Of a stretch of 64,000 bases of DNA, positions 10,439-19,658 are shown in pieces. The stretch covers positions 24,512-88,511 of the forward strand of contig QZIL01000093.1 in the NCBI GenBank assembly GCA_003599025.1, given 5' to 3'. Position 1 is the first letter of the stretch. Each line of letters starts with the position of its first letter. The notes beneath the pieces are model-generated. The model had not been told where the DNA came from, did not search any database, and saw only the letters and a program-made list of their open reading frames with translations. The DNA is from Nitrospiraceae bacterium (GTDB lineage: Bacteria > Nitrospirota > Thermodesulfovibrionia > UBA6902). The position numbers were made by a program, and so were the translations under genes.

Positions 10439-11197
10439 TTATAAACCTTTAGTCAGTTCTTCGTATAATTCAGGATATTCCTGCATTATTTCCTGTTCTA
10501 CTTGTCCGAGATCCGCCATGTAAGGAGTTCTGATACCATGATAATCAACGGGATCACCTATTTCCTTAAATATAAAACCGAATTTGTTTAATAAAATAAC
10601 GACCCCTTTTGTCATTACTGCATACCAGTGAGTTATCTTCCTTCGCCTGCTTTCCTGGTACATGGCTTTATATAAACTGATCACCACTTCGTGTCTCTTC
10701 CTTCTCTCGCTGTATGTTTCAATGGACCGCCTGGATCCTTTATGTTTATACTTATCATCGGCTCTTCTGATATAGGACCGGTTATTTGAATAGTTTGATG
10801 AAAAATTGAAGCTGCCGATACTCCGTCTTTCCTCATCAGGGCCATATATGTATTTATCTTCAGCTCTCCTTCTGTAATCTCTGTGGATTACCAGCCTCGA
10901 AACTTCCGCAATTGAGTCCCTTGGTATTTCATCCTTATTGATAGTCAATTCGCAGTATTTTTCAGTCGGGAACCCCTCTGGAGAATTAAGTATTAAACTT
11001 ACTGCCCCCACTATCTTCTGTGTATCATCCTTTACTGCAAAGTGTAACGCATTGCTGTCAAAGACATCTGATACTATTTCATCAGGATGGTTCTCAGGTT
11101 TTTCAAAACACCACTCATAGCAGTATATTTTATAACGCAATTTGTAAATGTCTTTCAGGTCTTTTTCATCTGAAATATGTTTAATTCTTAATGACAT
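10439..11197 (-). CDS. PEP-CTERM/exosortase system-associated N-acyltransferase (FeeM/LuxI-like GNAT)
   Basis: 252 aa; LRYKIYCYEW...FEKP autoinducer-synthase/FeeM-like N-terminus; large basic low-complexity insertion (RRRAEDKY...RRKRHE). Confidence 0.5.
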   Translation of the reverse strand: MSLRIKHISDEKDLKDIYKLRYKIYCYEWCFEKPENHPDEIVSDVFDSNALHFAVKDDTQKIVGAVSLILNSPEGFPTEKYCELTINKDEIPRDSIAEVSRLVIHRDYRRRAEDKYIYGPDEERRSIGSFNFSSNYSNNRSYIRRADDKYKHKGSRRSIETYSERRKRHEVVISLYKAMYQESRRRKITHWYAVMTKGVVILLNKFGFIFKEIGDPVDYHGIRTPYMADLGQVEQEIMQEYPELYEELTKGL

Positions 11198-11890
11198 TTA
11201 ATTTTCTTTTATGAACTTATCTGTTTTAGAGTACAAGGCTGTTTGATGTAAATGACTCATATTGTTTTAAAGTAGCAAGAATTAATTTGTATCTGAAGAC
11301 TAATACTGTAACATGGATTGCTGCATCGTATCAAAGCAGAATGTCTGCAAAATCATATTTGTGTGACATGGCAAAATTGGCACACCTGGTTACAGTGTCA
11401 TCTGTTATATTTATATATTTCGGAAACAAAGCCTGAAAACTTTAAGCATACTTGCAAGCAGGTTTATATGTTATTTAATTTCTTTTAATATTGAAATGTT
11501 ATGCCAAAATATATAAAACATGCTTTATGTACTCTGCCAATATAAAAAATGCACATGTGATTTGGAACAGATTTTGCATTGATAGCAATAAAGTGCTGGT
11601 TGTATGGTCATAAGCTTTAAGTGCTTGACAAAAAGATAGTCATAATTTATAAATATATGTCATCGGGGACATGGGAAATATAATTTGGGCACACAGTTAA
11701 GTGACGTCCTCTCTTTAATTTCCTGACAAATCAGTACAAAGCAAAATTTTGCAGATTTACCTATAGGTAGCGCGAGTGATATTTAGGAATCAGGCACACT
11801 AATACCTGCCTGTTTTCTGAGGGATCTTTGCGGCAACAGCGCTATGGCTTCTTAACATCAAGAAAAAATAATTTAAAGGAGAGTAATAAC

Positions 11891-12463
11891 ATGAAGACAA
11901 TTTTAATCGTTTTTATTGTAGTGGTTAATATATGTACCTGTATACCGGTAGTCAATGCAGCGTTATATGACAGGGGGGGAGGCCTCATATATGATAGTGT
12001 CCTGAATATTACCTGGCTGCAGAACGCAAATTATTCAGGAGGTACTATGACATGGGATAATGCAGTCGACTGGGCTGACAATCTTGTTTTTCAGAATTAT
12101 AATGACTGGCGGTTGCCGTACTCGGATGTTTTTTGCTCAGGTAATAATTGCAGAGAAAGTGAGATGGGCCATCTTTTTTATAATGAGAGTATTACATCAA
12201 CAAATCCGGGCGGGTTTACAGATGTAAAACCTTCCATGTACTGGTCCAGCACTGAAGATGCTGGGAATTCTTCAAATGCCTGGCGGTTCAGTTTTAAGTA
12301 TGGGACACAGGATGTCAGTCTCAAGACATCAACCCGCTATGCGTGGGCGGTGCGTGATGGCGATTCCAATTCTCCTGTGGCTCCGGAACCTGTAAGCTCA
12401 ATACTGTTTATTGCAGGAGGTGTGACTATGGCTGTCAGATCTCTTAAAAAACAGAGCAAGTAG
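11891..12463 (+). CDS. PEP-CTERM sorting domain protein with DUF1566 (Lcl C-terminal-like) domain
   Basis: RBS aaggagag before ATG 11891; signal peptide; DUF1566-like core (NITWLQ...DWRLPY...EMGHLFYN); C-terminal PEP motif (VAPEP) plus TM and basic tail (RSLKKQSK). Confidence 0.75.
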   Translation: MKTILIVFIVVVNICTCIPVVNAALYDRGGGLIYDSVLNITWLQNANYSGGTMTWDNAVDWADNLVFQNYNDWRLPYSDVFCSGNNCRESEMGHLFYNESITSTNPGGFTDVKPSMYWSSTEDAGNSSNAWRFSFKYGTQDVSLKTSTRYAWAVRDGDSNSPVAPEPVSSILFIAGGVTMAVRSLKKQSK

Positions 12464-13056
12464 GATCAGTTTGCAAAACTCCTGAAATTATTCCCTGCAA
12501 TCTGACCAAAGGGAACACTCTTAATGTCCCCTTCTGTTACAGGAGGGGACATGACTATAAGATTATCCATAGAGAAGGAGTATATGTTGATTTAAAGGTA
12601 TCTGAAAAGTAACGCCAAGTGATGTTGTCTTTCCGGGTTTCAGCCGTGCACTGTAAATATCAGCTGAATCTCTGAAGATTAATATGAATATATATTGAAT
12701 TAGCTTGCTTGACTATTAACTTACTCTTGTGTCAATCTTTCTTTATAACTGTAAAGGAGCATAAGTCCGTCAACGTACACTTATCAATTTAAGGAATTCG
12801 CTTCCAGCGTGAATAGCGGAAGGCCCCTGTTCATAGACGACAATTTAATCCCGAGAAGATTTCAGGGTAATTAATAATACTAAGGGTTTGTTTTATTCCA
12901 CTTTCGATAGTATCCTCAGGGTTTTCCTTTTTGATTTTCAGTCGATACGTTTTTAGTTGACTTTCCCTTGTCGATTGAAATCCCGCTTTGAGAGTGGATT
13001 GCCGGGCTGTATGTAAATTGACTTGCAACTCAGGACAATATAAAGGAGGTTTGATT

Positions 13057-13485
13057 ATGAAATCAGCCGAAAGCGGCAATACAGTAAGGGTGCATTATAC
13101 CGGTACATTGAATGACGGGGATGTCTTTGATTCGTCTGTAGACCGTGACCCGCTTGAATTCAGAATAGGTGACGGACAGATGATCCCCGGGTTTGAAAAG
13201 GCTGTTACAGGGATGAATGTTGGAGACACCAAGACAGTGAAAATCCCCGCAAGTGAAGCCTATGGGGCACGCAGGGAGGATCTTGTTGTTAAGTTGACCA
13301 GGAGTCATTTCCCCGATAATATCGTACCGGTGACCGGACTTCAGCTAAGTCTTAAAAGCCCCGAAGGTCAGATCATTAATGCGATTATAACGTCAGTGGA
13401 AGAAGAGAATGTATTCCTGGATGCCAACCATCCGCTTGCAGGAAAAGATCTAACCTTTGAGATTGAACTTATGGAAATATTTTAA
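13057..13485 (+). CDS. FKBP-type peptidyl-prolyl cis-trans isomerase (SlyD-like)
   Basis: RBS aaggagg; VRVHYTGTLNDGDVFDSS...GDGQMIPGFEKAV FKBP core with IF-domain insert. Confidence 0.85.
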   Translation: MKSAESGNTVRVHYTGTLNDGDVFDSSVDRDPLEFRIGDGQMIPGFEKAVTGMNVGDTKTVKIPASEAYGARREDLVVKLTRSHFPDNIVPVTGLQLSLKSPEGQIINAIITSVEEENVFLDANHPLAGKDLTFEIELMEIF

Positions 13486-13546
13486 GCTTTTATTGTAAAG
13501 AGATACTGCTTACAGATCAGTTGTTGCCTGGCATTTTTTTGTAGGG

Positions 13547-14374
13547 CTACAAACCCAGGTATTCCTTCAGCGCTTCTTTCCAGGGTCTGGCTTCGCTGAT
13601 CCCTTCAAGTCTCAGCATGGTGTTATTGAGAACAGAAAAGGCCGGTCTTCTGGCAGGGAGATTAAATATGTCTGAAGTTGTTTTTCTGATTTCAGAACTG
13701 CTTGATCGCAGCCTCGCTATTTCAACTGCGAAATCGTACCATGAACAATATGAAGAATTGGTTATATGATATGTACCGTATCCCCTGCCAATAAGCTCCT
13801 TCAGTTTTATCGCAAGATCAAGGGTATAAGTTGGTGATCCTACCTGATCTGTCACAACGTCTATTTCATTTCTTTCCATAAGCAGTCTGCTGATCGTATC
13901 AACAAAGTTTTTCCCTTTTTTACCGTAGAGCCAGGAAGTCCGTACAATATAAAACCTGTTTGTAAGAGATGTTACGTATCTTTCTCCGAGCAGTTTAGAG
14001 AGCCCGTAATGACTTATCGGGTTAGGTATGTCCCATTCATTATAGGGTTCATTCTTTGTACCGTCAAATACATAGTCAGAACTGATATAGATTATCGGGC
14101 AGCCGGTCTCCTCACATGCCATGGTTACGTTTCTTGTCCCGATACCATTAACAAGATATGCTGTGTCAGGGTCCTTTTCACTTCCATCAACGTTTGTATA
14201 AGCTGCCGCATGAATTACGTAGTCAGGTTTGACATCTCTTATAGCTGCAACTGATGCATCAAGGTTGGTGATATCAAAATCCTTTAAAGTAAATGCAGTC
14301 ATTTTGACATCTGAAAAAACACGGCATAAGTCACTGCCGAGCATCCCGTCTGATCCGGTCAAAGCGATTTTCAA
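13547..14374 (-). CDS. rfbD: dTDP-4-dehydrorhamnose reductase
   Basis: 275 aa; MKIALTGSDGMLG Rossmann fold; last gene of the rml operon. Confidence 0.85.
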   Translation of the reverse strand: MKIALTGSDGMLGSDLCRVFSDVKMTAFTLKDFDITNLDASVAAIRDVKPDYVIHAAAYTNVDGSEKDPDTAYLVNGIGTRNVTMACEETGCPIIYISSDYVFDGTKNEPYNEWDIPNPISHYGLSKLLGERYVTSLTNRFYIVRTSWLYGKKGKNFVDTISRLLMERNEIDVVTDQVGSPTYTLDLAIKLKELIGRGYGTYHITNSSYCSWYDFAVEIARLRSSSSEIRKTTSDIFNLPARRPAFSVLNNTMLRLEGISEARPWKEALKEYLGL

Positions 14375-15396
14375 GTCTTCAGCCTTTCCCCGTACTGGGT
14401 GTTATAGTATGTCATATAATCACCGGATAGAATTCTTTGCCACCACTGTTTGTTAGATATGTACCATTCAATTGTTTTTTCGATCCCGTCCTCAAAATTA
14501 ATATCCGGTTTCCAACCGATTTCCTGCTCGATCCTGGAAGGATCGATTGCATATCTCCGGTCATGACCTTTCCGGTCCCTGACATAGGAGATGAGATTCG
14601 TCAGTACCTTTTCTTCAACGTGGAATTTTTCAGCAACTATACTCAATATCAGATTCACAATCTCAATATTTTGCCGCTCGTTTCTGGAACCGATATTGTA
14701 TATTCCACCGGTTGTCCCGTTATGGAAGACCGCATCAACAGCCCTGCAATGGTCGGTTACGTGGATCCAATCTCTGACGTTCATTCCATCCCCGTATACA
14801 GGGATCGGATTTCTGTTTAACGCATTTATAATAACGAGTGGAATAAGCTTCTCAGGAAACTGATAGGGTCCGTAATTATTTGAACACCTGGTGATCATTG
14901 CCTTAAGATTGTGGGTTTCAACATAGGACCTTACCAGGAGGTCTGATGAGGCCTTACTTGCTGCGTAAGGGCTGTTGGGTAATAACGGGGAGGCCTCATT
15001 AAATGCCCCCTCTGTGGTGGAGCCGTATACCTCATCAGTTGATACATGCAAGAATGTGCACCCTCTCTGTCTGGCAATTTCAAGAAGGCTGCATGTGCCC
15101 ATGACATTTGTCTGTAAAAAAGGCTGAGCATCGAGGATACTTCTGTCCACATGACTCTCTGCGGCAAAATTAATAATTGCATCGAATTCTGTTTCCCGCA
15201 GAAGCTCTCCGTCGCAGATATCTCCTTTAATAAATGTGTATCTGTCGGATGTTTCAATATCCTTAAGATTTTCAAGGTTGCCGGCATAGGTAAGCTTGTC
15301 GAGATTAATAATGTGGTAATCAGGATATGTAGAGAGGATATGTCTGATGTAATTTGATGCTATGAAGCCTGCACCGCCTGTAACTAACAGTTTCAT
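14371..15396 (-). CDS. rfbB: dTDP-glucose 4,6-dehydratase
   Basis: 341 aa; MKLLVTGGAGFIASNY and YAASKASSD catalytic motif. Confidence 0.9.
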   Translation of the reverse strand: MKLLVTGGAGFIASNYIRHILSTYPDYHIINLDKLTYAGNLENLKDIETSDRYTFIKGDICDGELLRETEFDAIINFAAESHVDRSILDAQPFLQTNVMGTCSLLEIARQRGCTFLHVSTDEVYGSTTEGAFNEASPLLPNSPYAASKASSDLLVRSYVETHNLKAMITRCSNNYGPYQFPEKLIPLVIINALNRNPIPVYGDGMNVRDWIHVTDHCRAVDAVFHNGTTGGIYNIGSRNERQNIEIVNLILSIVAEKFHVEEKVLTNLISYVRDRKGHDRRYAIDPSRIEQEIGWKPDINFEDGIEKTIEWYISNKQWWQRILSGDYMTYYNTQYGERLKT

Positions 15397-15398
15397 TC

Positions 15399-15842
15399 TT
15401 AATCCCCTATCCTGAATGGAGATTCGGGATCATCTTCATACCTTATTTCATCTATATCTTCAGTTTTCCCCCACCCCCCATAAAGCTTGTCAGGCAGATT
15501 TATTACAAGACCCTGCACGCTGCCAATATTTCTGTACGCATGTACTATCCCCGGAGGTACGATTGCCATTGTTGGAATGTCTGATGTGTCTATAATTTTA
15601 TGTTCCCCGTACGTGGAAGAATTGTCCCTGTTGTCCCACAGGTAAATCCTGAACCTGCCGACAAAACAGAAGCAGTCTGTCTGCTCTTTGTGCTCATGGG
15701 GACCTCTGGAATAACCGAGGTTCGTCATTGACAGATATGACATGACAGGCCTGAACGGGTTTTGATCGTCTCTGAGTATCTCCGCAAGCCAGCCCCGCTG
15801 GTCTTTGTGAAGACCTAACTCCTTTACCTCAAGTCCTTCCAT
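15399..15842 (-). CDS. rfbC: dTDP-4-dehydrorhamnose 3,5-epimerase family (short cupin type)
   Basis: 147 aa; HKDQRGWLAEI motif; sits between rmlA and rmlB. Confidence 0.6.
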   Translation of the reverse strand: MEGLEVKELGLHKDQRGWLAEILRDDQNPFRPVMSYLSMTNLGYSRGPHEHKEQTDCFCFVGRFRIYLWDNRDNSSTYGEHKIIDTSDIPTMAIVPPGIVHAYRNIGSVQGLVINLPDKLYGGWGKTEDIDEIRYEDDPESPFRIGD

Positions 15843-16910
15843 CTACACCTCCACCACTGAATCATCGCCTATCATAAGCCTGAGTGCCTTATGCAGTTTA
15901 TTGTTCCTGAAGATCCTGACATTCCGGCCGATAAGGCTTTCTTCCAGTCGTTCAATCTCATTCAGTTCGCTACCATCCATTATGACGGAATGCTCTACGG
16001 AAGATCTGACGATTTTTACACTATTGCCTATGCTGGTATATGGACCGATAAAAGAATTCTCGACAACTGTATTTTCACCTATAACAACAGGCCCGCGTAT
16101 CTTGCTTTCTCTGACAACAGAACCCTTGCCGATAGAAACACGGCCGAGTATGTTGCTTTTATCATCTACTTTGGCATCAATGCCTGCTTTAAGCCATTCA
16201 TCAAGCACTATTACGTTTGCAGTAAGCATGTCATCTTTTTTCCCTGTATCTAGCCACCACATTTCAAGGATAAAACTCTCCACTTTGCATCCCATGTCGA
16301 TCAATTCCTGAATGGCATCGGTTATTTCCAGTTCTCCTCTTTTGGAAGGTCGTATCCTGTCAATGGCTTCGTGTATCTTCGGAGAAAAGATATATATTCC
16401 TACAAGTGCCAGATTTGATGGAGGCACCTCCGGTTTTTCGATCAGTCTGAGTACCTTGCCCTCTTTTGTAACATCAGCGACACCGAACTGCTTCGGGTTA
16501 TCCACTTCTTTAAGTAGAATCAGTGCCTCAGGAGAATTATCGTTGAATTCCCTGACAAAGGTGTCAATCCTGGTCCCGATAAGATTGTCTCCCAGATACA
16601 TGATGAATGAAGAACCAGCCAGAAAATTTCTGGCTGTCTTAATGGCATGTGCAAGTCCGCCGGGGACATCCTGCTGTATATATTCTATGGAGATGCCCCA
16701 TCGGCTTCCGTCACCGACTGCTCTCTTTATCTCTTCTCCTGTTTCAGGTGATATGATGATTCCGACATCAGTTATCCCAGCCTGCACTATATTGTCTATG
16801 CAATAAAATAAAATCGGTTTATTGGCCACTGGTACAAGCTGTTTTGCGCCTGAATAGGTCAACGGCCTCAGACGTGTACCTTTACCGCCGCTTAATATGA
16901 TAGCTTTCAT
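15843..16910 (-). CDS. rfbA: glucose-1-phosphate thymidylyltransferase (long form with LbH C-terminus)
   Basis: 355 aa; MKAIILSGGKGTRLRPLT; C-terminal hexapeptide-repeat region. Confidence 0.85.
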   Translation of the reverse strand: MKAIILSGGKGTRLRPLTYSGAKQLVPVANKPILFYCIDNIVQAGITDVGIIISPETGEEIKRAVGDGSRWGISIEYIQQDVPGGLAHAIKTARNFLAGSSFIMYLGDNLIGTRIDTFVREFNDNSPEALILLKEVDNPKQFGVADVTKEGKVLRLIEKPEVPPSNLALVGIYIFSPKIHEAIDRIRPSKRGELEITDAIQELIDMGCKVESFILEMWWLDTGKKDDMLTANVIVLDEWLKAGIDAKVDDKSNILGRVSIGKGSVVRESKIRGPVVIGENTVVENSFIGPYTSIGNSVKIVRSSVEHSVIMDGSELNEIERLEESLIGRNVRIFRNNKLHKALRLMIGDDSVVEV

Positions 16911-16943
16911 GCAATCTATGTTATCCCAAATACCTCAAGAACT

Positions 16944-18428
16944 TCAAACCTGCCGCTTTCTTAATTCCGTCTTCTTTATTTTACCTGTAGCAGTCTTTGG
17001 AAATTCATCAATGAAAATTATTTTTCTGGGGATCTTAAATGGAGCTATGCGCCCTTTAAGGGAGTCCATTATATCCGTTTCCTTAATGACAGCGTCTTCT
17101 TTCTTTTTTATATAAAGCAGCGGCGTCTCTGATCCCCTGCCGTCAGGGACTCCTACCATAGCGCATTCTTCCACTGGCTCAAGTCTCATAATTATATCTT
17201 CAATTTCACGCGGATAAATATTCATTCCATCGACGATGATCAGGTCTTTCTTCCTGTCGACTATATAGATATAACCTTCATCATCAATTTTCCCCATATC
17301 ACCTGTATAAAGCCAGCCGTCCCTTAATACTGCCCAGGTTTCTTCTTCCTTGTTAAAGTATCCCTTCATAATATTGGGGCCTTTTACAACAATTTCCCCA
17401 ACAACGCCTGACGGAGCTTTATTACCGTCCTCGTCGATTACCCTGACCTCAACTCCCGGCACAGGAAGCCCGACAGAAGCAGGTTTGCGAGTCCCCTGTA
17501 ACGGATTCACGGCCACAACAGGGGAAGCCTCAGTAAGTCCGTAGCCTTCAATCAATGGGACTTTAAAGCGTGACTCAAACGCACTTAATGTATCTGCGGG
17601 CAGGGCTGCTGCCCCTGATATACAGGCCCTGATGTTCAGAAGAAGCTTCAGCATAAATCTCATAAGCACAGGTATCCTCTTGCCGGCAAGAATGTTATAT
17701 ATTGTGGGGACCCCGGCTAATAATGTTATCCTGTGACGGATAATGCTTTTTAACACGATTGAAAAGGGCTTCACTGATTTAAGCAGGATAATGCTCGAGC
17801 CGGAATAGACCGGAACAAGAACGCAGGCAGTAAATGCAAATGAATGAAATAAAGGGAGAAACAGCAGGAACCTGTCCAGCCTGGAAACCTGCAGCGCCTT
17901 TACAGAGGCCTCCGCATTAGAAACAAGATTTGTATGAGTGAGCATTGCCCCTTTGGGAAATCCAGTTGTGCCGGAAGTATAAAGGAACACAGCAATATCA
18001 CTGTCAAAGATGTGTACCGGACCTGTTTCTTCGCGGGGGATCTCATTGAACTGTAATGCAGTCAGCCCTGGCACAGAGACTGTTATCTTTTCAATATGAG
18101 ATAAGAAACCGTCACTGTAAATGAGAATTTTTGCGCCTGAGTCCCTGAGAATGTAAGAGATCTCATCAGGGGTCAGAAAAGTATTAATGGGGACCGTAAT
18201 GCCGCCGGCCCTGAGAATCGCAAAATATGAAATAATGTATTCAGGGCAGTTATCCATCAGAATGGCAACGCGACCCTGGTCCTGCAACCCGATGGCCCTG
18301 AGTCCACCTGCACAGAGGGTTACGAGATGGTCAGCCTCAGAATAAGACAGCTTTCTCTTTTCGAACTTTATAAAGGTCCTGTTTTTGTTCTGCTGCGCAC
18401 TTTCGGACAGTAAATTATCGAGTGTCAA
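16944..18428 (-). CDS. long-chain acyl-CoA synthetase (AMP-binding)
   Basis: 494 aa; LYTSGTTGFPKG AMP-binding motif, YGLTE, and GWLYTGD..DRKKD. Confidence 0.8.
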   Translation of the reverse strand: MTLDNLLSESAQQNKNRTFIKFEKRKLSYSEADHLVTLCAGGLRAIGLQDQGRVAILMDNCPEYIISYFAILRAGGITVPINTFLTPDEISYILRDSGAKILIYSDGFLSHIEKITVSVPGLTALQFNEIPREETGPVHIFDSDIAVFLYTSGTTGFPKGAMLTHTNLVSNAEASVKALQVSRLDRFLLFLPLFHSFAFTACVLVPVYSGSSIILLKSVKPFSIVLKSIIRHRITLLAGVPTIYNILAGKRIPVLMRFMLKLLLNIRACISGAAALPADTLSAFESRFKVPLIEGYGLTEASPVVAVNPLQGTRKPASVGLPVPGVEVRVIDEDGNKAPSGVVGEIVVKGPNIMKGYFNKEEETWAVLRDGWLYTGDMGKIDDEGYIYIVDRKKDLIIVDGMNIYPREIEDIIMRLEPVEECAMVGVPDGRGSETPLLYIKKKEDAVIKETDIMDSLKGRIAPFKIPRKIIFIDEFPKTATGKIKKTELRKRQV

Positions 18429-18644
18429 CTGGCGCTGTCCTTTCTTGCATATTTCTGGATGTTGTTGGAGTGTTCCATGTTTTGTCTAGGAAATGGCGAA
18501 GTCCTGTTTTTTTACTGCCATAATATATCATTTTCAAGTACGTTCCTGCTCTGAGCATCACAAAGAAGGGAATATTTTGTATACTATAATGCGATTAATT
18601 TTTTACATTCAGTCATTCATTTAATCCCGGACAAATAAATCGTT

Positions 18645-19532
18645 ATGGACCTTAAACTTTATTTAAGCAGGAAAAAAAAGATAATAGATGATTTCCTTGG
18701 AAATTATATTACGTCTAAAAAGAAAAATAAGGACTGTCCTGCGAAGTTGGCTGAGGCTATGGGTTATGCTCTCTTGGCCGGAGGAAAAAGGGTAAGGCCC
18801 ATACTCGCGATTGCAGCGTTCGAGGCTGCGGGTGGCAGATCTAAAGGTATCGTCCCTGTTGCAGCATCTCTTGAACTCATTCACACTTACTCTCTCATAC
18901 ACGATGACCTTCCTGCCATGGACGATGATGACTTCAGGAGGAACAAGCCGACCACGCACAAGGTGTTTGGAGAGGGTACGGCTATACTGGCAGGGGACGC
19001 GCTTCTTACTGACGCCTTCAATATTATATCAAAGACAAAAACCGATCCTGCAATATTAATAAAGGTAGTCAGCGAGTTGTCCCATGGAGCAGGCCCGGAC
19101 GGAATGGTCGGAGGACAGACAGTGGACCTGATGCTTGAAGGGACAAAGGCCGGGAAAAAGGACCTTCTCTATATCCATACTCACAAGACAGGGGCCCTTA
19201 TCAGGGCCTCGATCAGGATCGGCGCTATAATGGCCGGGTGCTCGCCAGCTGCATTAAGGGCACTGACGGGATATGGGGATAAAATAGGACTTGCATTTCA
19301 GATAGCTGATGATATCCTTGATATAACAGGAACTAAAGAAGAGATGGGCAAGACTACAGGGGCGGATGATGCCAGAGGCAAAAACACCTATCCTTCAACA
19401 TTTGGCCTCGAGGAATCGCAGAAAATGGCGGAGAAACTTGTAAATGACTCCCTTAAGGCAATACAATATCTAGACAAGAAGGCAGAACCGCTGGCAGAGA
19501 TCGCCAGATACATAATAGCAAGGCGCAATTAG
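18645..19532 (+). CDS. ispA: polyprenyl (farnesyl/geranylgeranyl) diphosphate synthase
   Basis: 295 aa; FARM motif (LIHDDLPAMDDDDFRR) and second D-rich motif (IADDILD); directly upstream of dxs. Confidence 0.85.
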   Translation: MDLKLYLSRKKKIIDDFLGNYITSKKKNKDCPAKLAEAMGYALLAGGKRVRPILAIAAFEAAGGRSKGIVPVAASLELIHTYSLIHDDLPAMDDDDFRRNKPTTHKVFGEGTAILAGDALLTDAFNIISKTKTDPAILIKVVSELSHGAGPDGMVGGQTVDLMLEGTKAGKKDLLYIHTHKTGALIRASIRIGAIMAGCSPAALRALTGYGDKIGLAFQIADDILDITGTKEEMGKTTGADDARGKNTYPSTFGLEESQKMAEKLVNDSLKAIQYLDKKAEPLAEIARYIIARRN

Positions 19533-19542
19533 AGTCCGTTGC

Positions 19543-19612
19543 GTCATTCCCGCAAGCGAAGCGCGTCGGGAATCCTTCTTGAAAAAGATTCTGGACAAGC
19601 CGGAATGACAGA
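19543..19612 (+). repeat. family-A palindromic interspersed element (GTCATTCCCGC..CGGGAATC..CCGGAATGAC)
   Basis: about 70 nt with terminal and internal inverted repeats; near-identical inverted copy at 54727..54800. Confidence 0.7.
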
Positions 19613-19658
19613 CAAACAGTAATTAGTCGGCTTTATAAACACTAAACAGAGAACAGAC

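Noticed and set aside
11330-11400. Sigma-54-like TGGCAC...TTAC sequence upstream of the PEP-CTERM gene
   Set aside because: Spacing and the -12 element (GTTAC vs TTGCW) do not fit the consensus, and it lies about 500 nt from the start codon. This is insufficient to call a promoter.
12831-13079. 82-aa minus-strand ORF in the spacer between the PEP-CTERM gene and the FKBP gene
   Set aside because: It has no RBS or recognisable motifs and overlaps the RBS and start of the FKBP gene. The region is better explained as noncoding regulatory DNA.
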